64,000 bases of DNA from an uncultured Phycisphaerales bacterium (GTDB lineage: Bacteria; Planctomycetota; Phycisphaerae; Tepidisphaerales; Tepidisphaeraceae), in the NCBI GenBank assembly GCA_963755915.1, contig CAVWLP010000002.1, forward strand, positions 608,001 to 672,000, in the 5' to 3' direction. The notes under the pieces were generated by a model. That model saw only the letters and a program-made list of their open reading frames with translations. It was not told the origin of the DNA and searched no databases. Shown here in pieces: positions 10,401-22,424 of this stretch (position 1 is the stretch's first letter; the number at the start of each line of letters is the position of its first letter). The position numbers and the translations under genes are program-made.

Positions 10401-13400
10401 CGACAATATTTGAGTGGAACCGCCAAGCGTTACCGTGTCGCCGTAGTTTTGCGCTCCGGTCGTCGTTACATTCGCATCCAGCGTTGTACCGCCAGCGCCC
10501 GTCGTGGTGAGGCTGGCAAGCGAAGCCGTGTTGCCAACATCGGCGGCGAAAGTCTTGTTTCCGCTGCTGCTAACGGTCAGGTTGGAATTACCATTGAGCG
10601 TACTTTGGAAATCAACGCTCGAACCGTTGAGCATTTGTGTGGAACCGCCAAACGTCACCGCATCGCCATAGATCTGAGCGCCGGCGGTCGTTACGTTGGC
10701 GTCCAGAACCGTCGCGCCGGCGCCGGCGGTGGTCAGACTCGCCAACGGCGTCGTTGCCCCTACATTGGCGCCAAAGATTTTTACACCTGCGCTGCTGACG
10801 GTCAAATTGGAATTGCCATCCACGGCATCCTGAAAGGTCACGCTTCCACCCGTCAAAGTTTGTGCAGTGCCGCCCAGACTCACGGAGTTGCCGTATATTT
10901 GCACCCCGGTCGTCGTGACGCCGGCGTCGAGTGTCGTGTTGCCAGCGCCGCTAGTCACAAGACTTGTCAAAGGAACAATTCCGCCGACTTCCGCGTCAAA
11001 CGCCTTGGTCCCAACACCGGAAACCGTCAAGTTGCTGCCGCCATTAACAGTTCCCTGAAATGTAACGGTGTCGCCACCGAATGTTTGCGCCGCGCCGCCG
11101 AGCGTCACCGGTCCACTGTAATTCTGAAGGCCGGTGGTACTGACATTCCCATCGAGCGTTGTCGTGCCAGCACCGGTCGTGCTGAGGCTCGCTAGCGCCG
11201 TGGTTCCACCCACCGAGCCGGTGAATGTTTTTCCGCCGGCGCTGTTGACAGTGAGAGCGGAATCGCCGTTGAGCGTTCCATCGAAAGTAATGCTTGTACC
11301 GCTGAGCGTCTGTGTTGAACCGCCAAGTGTCGCCGAATTGCCATAAATCTGTGCTCCGCTTGTCGTGACATTGGCATCGAGCGTCGCGATTCCAGCGCCG
11401 GATGTTGTCAGACTCGTCAGGGAAGTGGTTCCACCGACGTTACCCATGAATACTTCGTTGCCGGAACTGCTGACTGTCAAATTCGATCCGCCATCCAGTG
11501 TTCCATTGAAGCTGATGCCGCTGCCGCTGAGTATCTGGCTCGCTCCGCCCAACGCCGCGGCCTCGCCGTAGGTTTGCGTGCCGCTAGTCGTCACGTTTCC
11601 ATCGAGCGTCGTCACGCCGGCCCCGGCGGCCGTGAGACTTGCCAGCGGCGTGACGCCGCCGATAGAAGCGTAAAATATCTTGCTTCCCGCGCTACTGACA
11701 GTGAGATTGGAATTGCCGTTGAGTGTCCCCTGCATCGTGACGCTGCTGCCACTCAGGGTTTGCGTCGAGCCTCCGAGTGTCACCGCGCCGCTGAATGTTT
11801 GTGCTCCCGTCGTGGTGACGCCGCCGTCCAGGACCGTGGTCCCCGATCCCGTCGTCGTCAGGCTGGTGAGTGGCGTCGTTGAACCGACGGCGGCCTCGAA
11901 TGTTTTATTCCCGCTGCTGTTGACCGTCAGAGCCGAAGCGCCGTCCAATGTACCCTGGAATGTGATGGCTGATCCGCTCAAGGCTTGAGTTAAGCCGCCA
12001 AGACTTACTGGATCGCCGTACGTCTGGGCGCCAACGGTTGTCACGCTTGCGTCCAGAGTGGTGACGCCGCCGCTGGCCGTGGTTAGGCTTGCCAATACGG
12101 TGGTGCCTCCAACGATGCTGTCGAACACCTTGTTTCCCCCGCCGGCGACTGTCAGATTGGTATTGCCGTCCAGCGTGGACTGAAAGGTCACGTTAGCACC
12201 GCTCAGGGTTTGACTACCGCCGCCCAGCGTCACCGCATCTCCATAAACCTGCGATCCGGCGGTCGTCACGTTCGCATCGAGCATCGTCGCGCCTGCGCTG
12301 GCAGTCGCCAGGCTCGCCAGCGGCGTGATTGAGCCCACCGCCGCTGCAAAGGTCTTTGTACCCGCACTGGTAACGGTTAGATTCGAATTGCCGTTGAGCG
12401 TTCCCTGAAAATCGACGCTCCCACCATTGAGCGCCTGCGTTGTTCCACCCAATGTTACGGCTCCGCCGTAGCTTTGTGCTCCCGTTGTCGTGACACCAGC
12501 GTCCAGGATCGTGGCGCTTGAGCCGGTCGTCGTCAAGCTGGTCAGCGGAGTTGTCCCGCCCACGGCGGCTTCGAAGGTTTTGTTGCCTGAACTACTAACC
12601 GTGAGATTGGAAGGTCCATTCAATGTTCCTTGGAAATCGACGCTGCTCCCGCCAAGCATTTGAGTGACGCCACCCAACACAACGGCGTTGCCATAGATTT
12701 GTCCACCCGTGGTCGTCACGCCGGCATCCAGAATGGTATTGCCGCTGCCAGTGGTGGTGAGGCTGGTCAACGCTGTCGTGCTGCCGACCGCGTCTTCAAA
12801 CGTCTTGGCACCGCCGCTGGTGAGGGTTAGAGCGGAACCACCGTTCAACGTTCCTTGGAAATCAACGCTGCCGCCATTGAGCGCCTGGGTAACCCCACCC
12901 AATGACACGGCCCCACCGTAGGTTTGTCCCGCGGTGGTCGTTACATTTGCATTCAGAGTCGTCGTGCCGGCTCCGCTTGTCGTCAAGCTTGTTAACGCAG
13001 TTGCTCCGCCGACCGCTCCGGTAAATATTTTGCTCCCGGAACTGGTCACGGTCAGATCGGAAGCGCCGTTGAGCGTTCCCTGGAACGTCACGCTGCCTCC
13101 GTTCAAGATTTCGGACGAGCCGCCCAGCGTCAGGGCCGTGCCGTAGGTTTGCGCTCCGGTTGTCGTTATGGCCGCGTCGAGTATCGTGCCGCCCGCGCCG
13201 CTGGTTGTCAGGCCGGTCAGCGGTGTTGAGCCCCCGACAGTCGCGCTGAATGTCTTGATGCCCGCGGTGCTGACGGTCAGATTGGAAGCTCCGTTCAGGA
13301 TTCCCGCGAAATCAACGCTTCCGCCGCTGAGGGTCTGGGTAGCACCGCCGAGATTGAGAGCGGTGTTGTAGTTCTGCGCGCCGGTTGTCGTGACATTGGC

Positions 13401-16400
13401 ATCCAATGTCGTCGCGCCGGAGCCACTGGTCGTCAGGCTCGTCAGTACCGTCGAGCCGCCCACGGCCGCCTCAAAGGTTTTGCTGCCTGCGCTGCTCACT
13501 GTTAAATCGGAGGTGCCGTTGAGCGTTCCCTGAAAATCCAGGCTCCCGCCGCTGAGAGTTTGTGACGTACCGCCCAGAGTCACGGCTCCGCCGTACGTTT
13601 GCGCCCCTGTGGTTGCCACACCGCCGTCCAGTACGGTCGTTCCCGACCCAGTCGTCGCCAGGCTGGTCAGCGGCGTAATTGCGCCGACGGATGCGTCAAA
13701 CGTTTTGCTGCCGCTGCTGCTGAGCGTCAAAGCCGATACGCCATCCACGGCTCCCTGAAACGTGACCGCGCTGCCGCTGAGTGTTTGCGTGGTTCCGCCC
13801 AGCGTGACCGCATTGTTGAAGCTCTGCGCCCGGTGGTGGTCACGTTGGCATCCAGCGTCGTCGTGCCGGCACCCGTGGTCGTCAGGCTCGTCAGGGCCGT
13901 CGTCGCGCCTATGGCACCGGTGAAGACCTTGTTGCCGGCGCTGGTGACGGTCAGGTTGGAAGCCCCGTTCAGCGTTCCCCCAAAGCTGACGCTGCCGCCG
14001 CTGAGCACTTGAGTCGCTCCGCCCAATGTGACGGCTCCACTATAGCTTTGTGCGCCGGTCGTTGTGACACCCGCGTTGAGGACGGTTGTTCCCACGCCAC
14101 TGGTTGCAAGGCTCGTCAATCCGGAGACTGTGTTCTCGAATGTTTTGGTTCCGCTGCTGCTCACGGTCAGGTTGAAAGGCCCGCTGACTGTTGATTGAAA
14201 GTCGATCGCACCGGTTCCGGAAGTCAGTGATGTATCCCCGCCGAGCGTGACCGCGCCGCCGAGCGTAAAAACGCCCGTTCCCGGCGCGGCAAACGCCCCG
14301 TTGATCGTCACAGGCGAGGTGGTCGTTAAGGAATTGACTGTTATGGGCGAAGACGTGCCCGAGCTATTGTCCAATGTGATATTCTTGTTGATAGAAACCG
14401 CCTCGTTGTACGTGCCCGGCGCGATGCCGAGCGTTCCGCCCGTCGCCAAAAGCGACAGACCCTGGCTGATGCTGCCAGCCGTGCCGACGTTCACCGTCGT
14501 ATCCGCCGCGTTACCAGTCAGGCTGGCGACGCTGATTGCACCGTTGAGCGTCACGCTGGGAGAGTTGACGGTCAGTCCAAATGCACTCGTTACGGTTGAA
14601 TTGAACGCAATAGTTCCACCGGTCGACCGGAATGTTTGCGATGCCACGTTAAGTGCGATGGGATCGCCATAGGTCTGGTTTCCGCTGGTCGTGACGCCGG
14701 CGAGGAAGATGTCCGCGCCGCCGCCGGTCGTCGTGAAGCTGGCCAGCGGAGTAATACCGCCGACGGCCCCTGTAAACGTCTTGGCCAAGACGCTGCCGAC
14801 GGTCAGATTGGACGCGCCGTCCAAGGTGCTGGCGAACGTGATGGCTCCGCCACCGCTCAATGTCTGCGTCGAGCCGCCGAGTGTGACGGCGGTTCCGTGG
14901 GATTCGCACAACGAGGTTATCACGTTGCCATTGATCGCCACTCCACCGGTTCCGGTGGTCGTGAGGCTGGTCAACGCGGTAGTTCCGCCGACGGAACCGC
15001 CGAATGTTTTAGTCCCGGTGCTGGTCACCGTCAGGGCGGAGCTTCCATCCACCGTGCTCTGAAAGTTGACGCTTCCGCCCGTCAGGGTCTGCGCAGTCCC
15101 GCCGAGTGTGACGGCGTCGCCGTAACTTTGTGCGCCGGTTGTCGTCACGGCGCCATCCAGTGTTGTGCCGCCACCACCACTGGTCGTCAGGTTCGTCAGT
15201 CCAGTCACGGCGTTTTCGAACGTCTTCGCTCCGCCGCTGGTGACGGCCAGAGTGCTTGCGCCCGTGATCGTCGATTGAAAGTCGATGGCTCCGGTCCCGG
15301 ACGCAAATGTTGAATTACCCAGCAACGTCAGCGCACGGACAGAGTGATTGCGCCCGAACCGCTCGCCGCAAAAGCGCCTTGCATCGTCACTGGCGATGCG
15401 ATCGACCAGGAAGCGGCCGTTACCGGCGAAGCCGTTCCGCCTGTGTTCACAACGGCAAAGTTGTGCGTGATCGACACCGCGTCGGAATACGTCGCCGGAT
15501 CAATGTTCAATGTCTGCAAAATGTTCGAGAGAGCGCGGTTCCATTGTTGATGCTGCCGCCCGAATGCACGTTGACGGTCAGGTTCGTCAGGCCCGGCACA
15601 AGCTGGCCATTCAGCGTGATCGGCGCTGAAAGATTCACGGTCGGCGCATCTAGCGTGAGATTATGCGAATTAGTGTTTCCGCTGGCATTGACGGCGTTGT
15701 TCACGCTGATGCTGACCGTCGCCAGGATGCTTACGTTGGCCAGGTTGAGTGCGGAAACGAGCGAAGCCGGTGTCTGATCGCCGCCGCTGCTCGCGATGGT
15801 CCAGGTCAAGGGATCCATCAGCAGCGTGCCGGTTCCGGCCGGCCCGGTCAGATCGGCCGAGCCGTCAAAAAGAAGCTTGCCGCCGCTGGATACCTCCGCC
15901 GAACCGCCGGCGCCGCCGCCGCTGCCGCGCGCCGAAATCTGGCCGGCAAAGTCGGTGGACTGGTTCGACCAGACCACGATCGCGCCGCCATTGCCATCGG
16001 CCAGTGCATCGGCTTTGAGCGTGGAGTCGGCGGAAAGGGTTGTGTCATTTGCCGCGGGAATTGTGCCCTCGCCATGCGATTCGCCGCCGATATAAATCGT
16101 GCCGCCTCCGGCGGAACCCGAAGCATCGACGGACGCGCTGTTCAGAGTGACATCGCCGCCTGTTACCACAACTCGCCCGCCTGTCTGTCTGGCACCGTGC
16201 GATGACGCCTCGAGCCGTCCAGAGACCTCAACGTTGCCGCTTCCCCCGTTGAGAATGATTTGCCCGGCAGTGGTTGATCCCGTGTGGTTAATGGCCAGGG
16301 AATAGATGTCGCCAACGGCGCTGGAATTGTGATTGATCGTCGCCCCCGGGGCGACTTTGACCAACACATCATCGTTGGCATGGCCGATATACACATCGTT

Positions 16401-16988
16401 CCCCGCCGCCATCACGACGGCACCCCGGTCGGCATTGATCGTGCCGGTATTGACGACTTGGCCGCCGATCAAGCTGACACCATTGGCGTAAATGCCGCCG
16501 GAGTTGGAGACGATGCCGGTGACTCCAGTGAAATGATCGACGCCGCCGAGAAAATCCGCATTGGAAAGATGTCCCCCGGCGGCAACGAGCTGGCCGACAT
16601 CCACCATCGCTGTGGAACCGAAGTAAACGCCCTGTTGGTTGAGAATATAGACTTGACCATTGCCGCGCAGCACGCCGTCGATTTCCGTCGGCTCCAGGCC
16701 CAGCACGCGATTGAGCACACGCGCCGAAGCAAACGGCTGGACAAATGTGACCGTTTCGCCGCGGGCGATGTTGAAACTCTGGTAGTTGATGATGGCATTG
16801 TTCCCGGCCGTAATCGTCAATCGTGGGCCGGCTTGAGAAAACGACGCCTGCCCCGATACGACCTGGGCGCCTCTGGGAGAAGCCTGCGCGGCTTCCATCA
16901 ACAGCGGCAGGAACAATGCCTGACAAGCGGCTGCCACCGGCAGAACCAATTTGGAAATGAGCGGTCTAATTCGTTTCGAACGGTTCAT
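7438..16988 (-). CDS. Giant filamentous-haemagglutinin-like TpsA exoprotein/adhesin (~3,180 aa), split by frameshifts
   Basis: Start MNRSKRIRPL at 16988 with GGAGG RBS, signal peptide, TPS domain (AIINYQSFNI...VLNRV...GNGQVYILNQQGV). Gly/Thr/Ser-rich beta-helix repeats continue through ORFs 15328-15519, 13727-15325, 9756-13748 and 7438-9759. Confidence 0.85.
9760..14200 (-). repeat. Degenerate coding tandem repeat, 225 bp / 75 aa unit, about 19-20 copies
   Basis: Unit ~ NGxSNLTVSSxGxKTFxxxVGxTTxLTSLTTxGxGxTTLDAxVTTTGAQTYGxAVTLGGxTQxLSGGSVxFQGTL. The motif ccgtaggtttg recurs about 225 bp apart (near 12916 and 13142). Confidence 0.9.
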
Positions 16989-17002
16989 GGCACATCCCTC
17001 CG

Positions 17003-18905
17003 CTAATAGAGAAGCGTGACATCCAGATTGAATCTTCCGTCTCCCGCGCCAGGAGACGCCCGGCACGTTCAGTGAATTGAGCGCCCAGGCATAATCCGTC
17101 GTAACGGTCAGATTGTCCTTGAGGCGAAACGTAATTCCGACTCCAGCTCCCGCCAGGCAGGCGGAATTCGGCTCATTGTTGGCGGCGCCGTGGCTGTTGC
17201 CGACGATGGCCGCATCGATGAACGCGGTCGGCACAAGGTCCCAATCGGGCTGCGCGTACGCCGCCGGCGGCTGGTATCGAAAATCGTCGCCCAGCACACC
17301 CGGCCGATGGCCCAGGAATGTGCCCGGCGTGCCTATTCCCAGCGCTCGCGGCAAGTGAAAGCGGTACTCCAGGCTGGCGATTCCCGCCGAGTCGCCCGCA
17401 ATCACCGATTCAGGATAGCCGCGTACCGAATAGAGTCCGCCCGCCGCCTGCTGGTATTCCGGAATCAGGCGGTGATCGAAGGCATACTGGCCGCGAAGTG
17501 TTCCGACAATCTCATTGGCAAGCTTTGCGTGCGGCGACTGCGGATCATCGAAATCACCTGAAAAAAGTAGAGGTTCCAGATAGAAGGACTCGCCGATGTT
17601 GCCGCGTAACAGGACATAATTGCCGTCCGTATTGAGCCGGCCTAGAGCGTCTCGATCAACGGCGCTAGAAATGCGCGTGGCATTTGTCTCACCCGTGACC
17701 TGAATGCGGGTGGAATCGGTCTCGGTGTTCCGTTCGACCCGGACGCCCAGGTATGGAACAAAGAATTCGGCTTTGCCTTGCTCGTCCAACGTATTGTCAT
17801 TCACGCGAAACTCGTCTTCCCTGCCGCCCACGATGGCGTCAGCGAACCATTGCCGATGCTGGAAGAAGTTCCACGACAACTCGCCGCCGGCTGTCCAGCC
17901 GCTGCCGTCCAGATTGATCTGGGTCAGTCCAACGTCGCTTGCGGTAAATTGATTCCACGTGCCATAAATTTTGAAGCGAAGGCGGTCGTCAGAGGTCATT
18001 GGAAGATCGTAAGAACCGTCGAACTCCTGCGTGGGGCCAAATGATGCCGTGGAATAATTCAAGCTCAGGATGTCATCGTGATGGGTCAACTGGTTGTCGA
18101 CGAAGCCGAATTTCTCTCGCCATTCGCTGGTGTCCCTTGTGCCGGTATTGGAAAGCTCCGCGTAGACAAACCAGGGCTTGGTTTGTCGGACCAGATAATC
18201 CACGGTGACTTCGTCCTCGTTGCCATCGGAGGAGAGGGCCATTTCCACGTGCCGGCCCGGCTGTCGATTTAACAAAGCCAGGTAGTCTTCCAGCTCGTCC
18301 TTGTTGAGCAGATCGCGGCGCGTCGTCGGCTGCACGGGCGAATTGCGGCGAATCCGTTCCTCCGACATTCTGTTGATTCCCCCATCCGGATCCTTTTCAG
18401 CCCCGTCGCCGGAGACAATGCTCCTGACATCCTTCACCACTCCGACCACGACCACAAACTCGATTGTCCGCGGCATTGCCGCCGCGTCGGCGGGAAGATG
18501 ATCCAAATCCAGGTCCTTCGGATATACCAACACCCCGACGATTCCGGCACTATTGATGAACTCCTGAATTTGCTTCTCCAAGTCTCTGACCCCATTGGCC
18601 GAAACGAGCGGCGCATCTTGCGAAAGTCCCGCCAGAGACAAACGCGTCATCTCGCCCGAACCCTGACGCGACACATATCCGCCGGGGACTTTCTTCAGTT
18701 CGATCGGACATTGAAGAATGTTTTGCACCGGCGGCAAGCCCGCGTGTTCCTTGGCGTATTTCACGGAAAACGCCTCCACTCTTAATTGAGGTGTTTCCGT
18801 AAGCACCGTCGAAGGCGCGGTAGCGGGGATATTTGACGCGGCGATCGAGAAACTTTGCAGTCCGATGATGACAATGATCGCGCCAATCAACCATGAACAA
18901 TCCAT
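17003..18905 (-). CDS. TpsB outer-membrane transporter (ShlB/FhaC/HecB family)
   Basis: Signal peptide, POTRA-like region, SNTG motif, GGLYSVRGY loop-6 motif. A frameshift near 17050 hides the real C-terminus GRFNLDVTLLY* (stop at 17003), a typical beta-barrel ending. Confidence 0.88.
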
Positions 18906-19320
18906 GACGCTCTTACGTGTTTCGCAAGTTCGAAAAACTGCTCGCATTAGTCGATCCTTCGCGCCGCTTCATCGGAACGCTTGGCGAATTGAGTGCGCTC
19001 GATAACCCTGGCCAAATGTGTACCGCAGAATCGAGGAATCACTGCCTCGGCGTTCTGGCGCGTATCCTTCCTCTGCCGACTTCAACTCGGCGAAATCGTT
19101 GGAATGAATCACTATAGATTTAAATTTATCTACAATCGTAATTATCGCGCCCAGCGGAATGTTAGATGCGCCACCGTGCGCCGCGCGAATGTAATGCGTT
19201 TCACCGTCGGTCCGCTGCTTGAACGGGACGGTGGAGACTTGTCAGGCGTCTTTAAGAGTTTCGTGATCTTCAAGAACGATTGGTTCAAGGAGTTTCATCA
19301 AGCGGTCGAACATTTCAAAT

Positions 19321-20869
19321 ATGATGGAGGACCTGAGTCGATCGGAAGAACGCCGCATTGCCGCATTGCGGCATCTCAACATACTCGACACCCCTCGGGA
19401 GAAAGCATTTGACGATGTGGCGCAGCTGGCCGCGCAACTTCTCGCAGCGCCCATCGCGCTGGTGTCTCTGATCGAACGGGACCGCCAATGGTTCAAAGCG
19501 TGTGTGGGTCTGAATGTCAGTGAGACATCCCGCGAAGTATCGTTCTGCTCGCATGCGATTGCGCAAGAGAACCTGGAAGCTGTTTTCGTTATCCCGGATG
19601 CGACACAGGATCCAAGATTTTGCAATAATCCCCTTGTGACCGGTCCGCCCCACATCCGCTTGTACGCCGGCACTCCGCTCGTAACAGCTAACGGGCAGCC
19701 GGTCGGCTCGCTCTGCGTCATCGATACAAGGCCCGGGCAACCGACGCAGAAACAGCTTGAGGCACTGAGAGTTTTAGCGCACAGCGTCGTGGCGCAGATG
19801 GAATTGCGGCAAAGCGCCCAGGACCTGCGCGAGAGCGAAGAACTCAACCGACTGATCGTGAATAACGCGCTGGATGCCGTCATTACCGTCGATGCGGAAC
19901 GACGTGTAATGGCCTGGAACCCGCGGGCCCAGGCTATCTTCGGTTTGTCGGAAGCCGAAACGCGCGGACAGGCACTCGAACAACTGATCGTTCCAGCGGA
20001 TTCGCGTGTCGGTGACACCGCTCTCTTTTCCAGTTTATTCGCCATCGACAACGATACTCGTCTTAACCGACATATCGAAACGTCGCTGAGAAGACATGAC
20101 GGCAAGACATTTCCCGCAGAACTCTGCGTATCGCCGTTGCAGACGCGTGACGGTTGGATGTTTTCAGTCTTTGTGCGCGACATTTCAAAGCGCAAACGGG
20201 AAGAATCGGAACGCCTGGAGGCGGAGACGCGCAACGTGGTTATCTTCGCCATGGCGCGGCTCGCCGAATCGCGTGATCCCGAAACCGGCGCGCATATCGA
20301 GCGGGTTCAGAGTTATTGCCAGGCCCTGGCCGAACAGCTTGCGAGGACTGGACAACACCAGAGCCTCGTCGATCCCGAATTCATCCATTTGATGTATACG
20401 ACCAGCCCGCTGCATGATATTGGCAAGGTTGGCATTCCCGATGATGTATTGCTCAAGCCCGGCCGCTTGAGCGACCGTGAATTTGAGATCATGAAGACGC
20501 ACGCGACCATCGGAGCGGAAACGTTGGAAGCGGCGATGGCGCGATTTCCTAATACCCGGTTCCTGCGGTTGGCGCAACATTGCCGCAACCCATCACGAAC
20601 GCTTCGATGGAACGGGGTATCCAAATGGCTTGAAGGGAGAGGACATTCCGCTCTGTGGACGAATCGTCGCGCTCGCCGACGTGTACGATGCGCTGACAAG
20701 CCGGCGCGTCTACAAGGCCGCGTTTACGCACGATGTTGCCCGAGGGATCATCGTGAGAGAATCAGGCAAGCAGTTTGATCCCGCCATGGTGGCCGCGTTC
20801 CTGGTGATCGAGAGCAAATTCGAGGCGATCTACAAGCGGTTTGCCGAAACGAACTCTGTAGCCGCCTGA
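19321..20869 (+). CDS. GAF-PAS-HD-GYP cyclic di-GMP phosphodiesterase (frameshift ~20575)
   Basis: GAF (ERRIAAL...LDTPRE...SFCSHAI...YAGTPL), PAS (DAVITVD...WNP), ESRDPETGAH, LHDIGKVGIPD. After the frameshift: HHERFDGTGYP...ALADVYDALTSRRVYK...GKQFDP. Confidence 0.9.
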
Positions 20870-20944
20870 ACGACTCCGTTTTTGTTTCAAGGCATGAGTT
20901 TTCCTGGCGAGTGGAGTGCCTGGACTTTTTCACGGATTGACACG

Positions 20945-21500
20945 ATGACAATTCGAAGAAAACTTTACCTCGGCTTCGTTGGCTCAGCGATATCTGTCGT
21001 GGTGGTCGGGGCGTTTAGCATTCACAGCTTGTCCGTGAAAGCCGGTTCCCTGCGCGAAACCATCGGTACGACACTCCGCGAAGTGAAGGACACCAGCTTG
21101 GCCGCTGAATCGGCAGTCGCCCTAGACGCAAAGATCGACGAGTTCGTAGACGCGATTGACTACAAACAAACCGCCCAAGCTCAGGCCGCAAAAAGCCAGA
21201 TCGCCAACAATTTCCAAAGCTTGGCTGACGCGACCGGTGGACTACGGGATGAGTCAGACGGAATTTTGAAGGCTGCGGACAGCCAGGATGAGATTCGGTA
21301 AGAAAGAGAGCATATGACCCAGGTCGACGAATTGGATGCCGACCGTGCGAAGTTACAGAGAAATTGGGACGCGATTTGTGCCGGCCTGGAGCATCAAGGT
21401 CGGGTTGATAATGGCCTTCTGCGCCTCAATGATGTGGAGAATCACCGCTTAGTATCCAAATCGCTTGATCTGCAACAAGGGGCGAGAACCGAAATCTCCG
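20945..21500 (+). pseudogene. N-terminal remnant of a membrane sensor (MCP or histidine-kinase type, four-helix periplasmic domain)
   Basis: MTIRRKLYLGF, one TM helix and a helical sensor domain, with a frame break at ~21300. No second TM, HAMP or output domain follows. Confidence 0.6.
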
Positions 21501-21632
21501 ATATGCACCTTCTAACTCGCCGCTCAGGAGTCCGGATGCGCCACCAACGATCAACAATTCAACCGTCTTGCTCGTCGTGAGATATTCTCCCAACGCGATA
21601 AGCGCCGATTTGATCGTTCCTGCGTCCAACAT
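21500..21632 (-). pseudogene. N-terminal remnant of a DUF6036-like nucleotidyltransferase
   Basis: MLDAGTIKSALIALGEYL...VELLIVGGASGLL resembles the start of this family. It breaks off before the expected TxDxD motif. Confidence 0.5.
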
Positions 21633-21837
21633 CTGTCACCATATACGTCAGTAAAACCGTACTGATAATTACCTAACAAATCCAACGAAAAGTAGATAAT
21701 CCGTAATTGCTTGTATTGGATATGCTTACAGCTTCACGAATTGGTCGTTCGCCCTCTCTATGGTGGCCGAATCCTCGCTCGGTAACCGCAATTTTGGCCA
21801 TATCACATGGATAATACCGAGAGATTTTATTATACCA

Positions 21838-21866
21838 TTGACTTATCTAGTACCAAACAATACCCT
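21838..21866 (+). promoter_or_regulatory. Putative sigma70 promoter of the DUF1580 gene
   Basis: TTGACT (21838-21843), 17 bp spacer, TACCCT (21861-21866), in an AT-rich intergenic region with RTACC half-sites. Confidence 0.45.
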
Positions 21867-21923
21867 AACCCGTGTAGAGGCTCGCTCAAGTTGATTTAAT
21901 TTGGGTCTGTATGGAACACTGTC

Positions 21924-22301
21924 GTGATTGATATCGGAAATGAGCAACTTGTATCGCTGCGCAACGTCCCGAAGCTTCTGCCGACGCGCGGCAATGGCAA
22001 GCGCATCCACATCAGCGCCGTGTATCGTTGGGTCCAGAGGGGCATTCGCGGCAGCCGACTGGAAGTGATCCGCGTGGGCGGTACGACCTATACAAGTCGT
22101 GAGGCGCTACAACGATTTGCCTCACCCTCAGACGCATCCCGCGCGACGGTAGGCCATGGTTCAGCGGCGCGCGAGCGGCAAATTGACAAGGCAGTCCGAC
22201 GGGTTCAAGCTATTCTTTATCCCGGCAGGCGAGTTCCGGAATCGAGTTGCAACGGTCCACGAACTCCAACCGACAGTGCCTGTCCGCCCCGAACGAGTTG
22301 A
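21924..22301 (+). CDS. DUF1580 family HTH protein (putative excisionase / recombination directionality factor)
   Basis: MIDIGNEQLVSL...LLP...GKRIHISAVYRW..RG.RG.RLE...VGG..YTS.EALQRF matches the planctomycete DUF1580 pattern. Adjacent to the integrase. Confidence 0.85.
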   Translation: MIDIGNEQLVSLRNVPKLLPTRGNGKRIHISAVYRWVQRGIRGSRLEVIRVGGTTYTSREALQRFASPSDASRATVGHGSAARERQIDKAVRRVQAILYPGRRVPESSCNGPRTPTDSACPPRTS

Positions 22302-22354
22302 TAGCGGGAACGTCGCGCTGAACTGTACTTACACTTCGCTTCAAAAACGGTTCA

Positions 22355-22384
22355 GCCCCGCTAGCCTTAAAGGGGCCGCGGGGC
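22355..22384. terminator. GC-rich hairpin between convergent DUF1580 and integrase genes
   Basis: GCCCCGC ... GCGGGGC inverted repeat; no clear U-tract. Confidence 0.3.
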
Positions 22385-22424
22385 CGCACGGCGAATGAAT
22401 TCACCGGTACCGTATCGCTTCATC

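Noticed and set aside
9760-14200. Repeat region as CRISPR or non-coding array
   Set aside because: The 225-bp units are in-frame coding repeats with synonymous divergence and no spacer structure.
15507-18947. Apparent TpsB-TpsA fusion ORF of 1146 aa
   Set aside because: Another frame gives a proper barrel end (FNLDVTLLY*) at 17003, followed by an RBS, ATG and signal peptide at 16988. Frameshift artefact.
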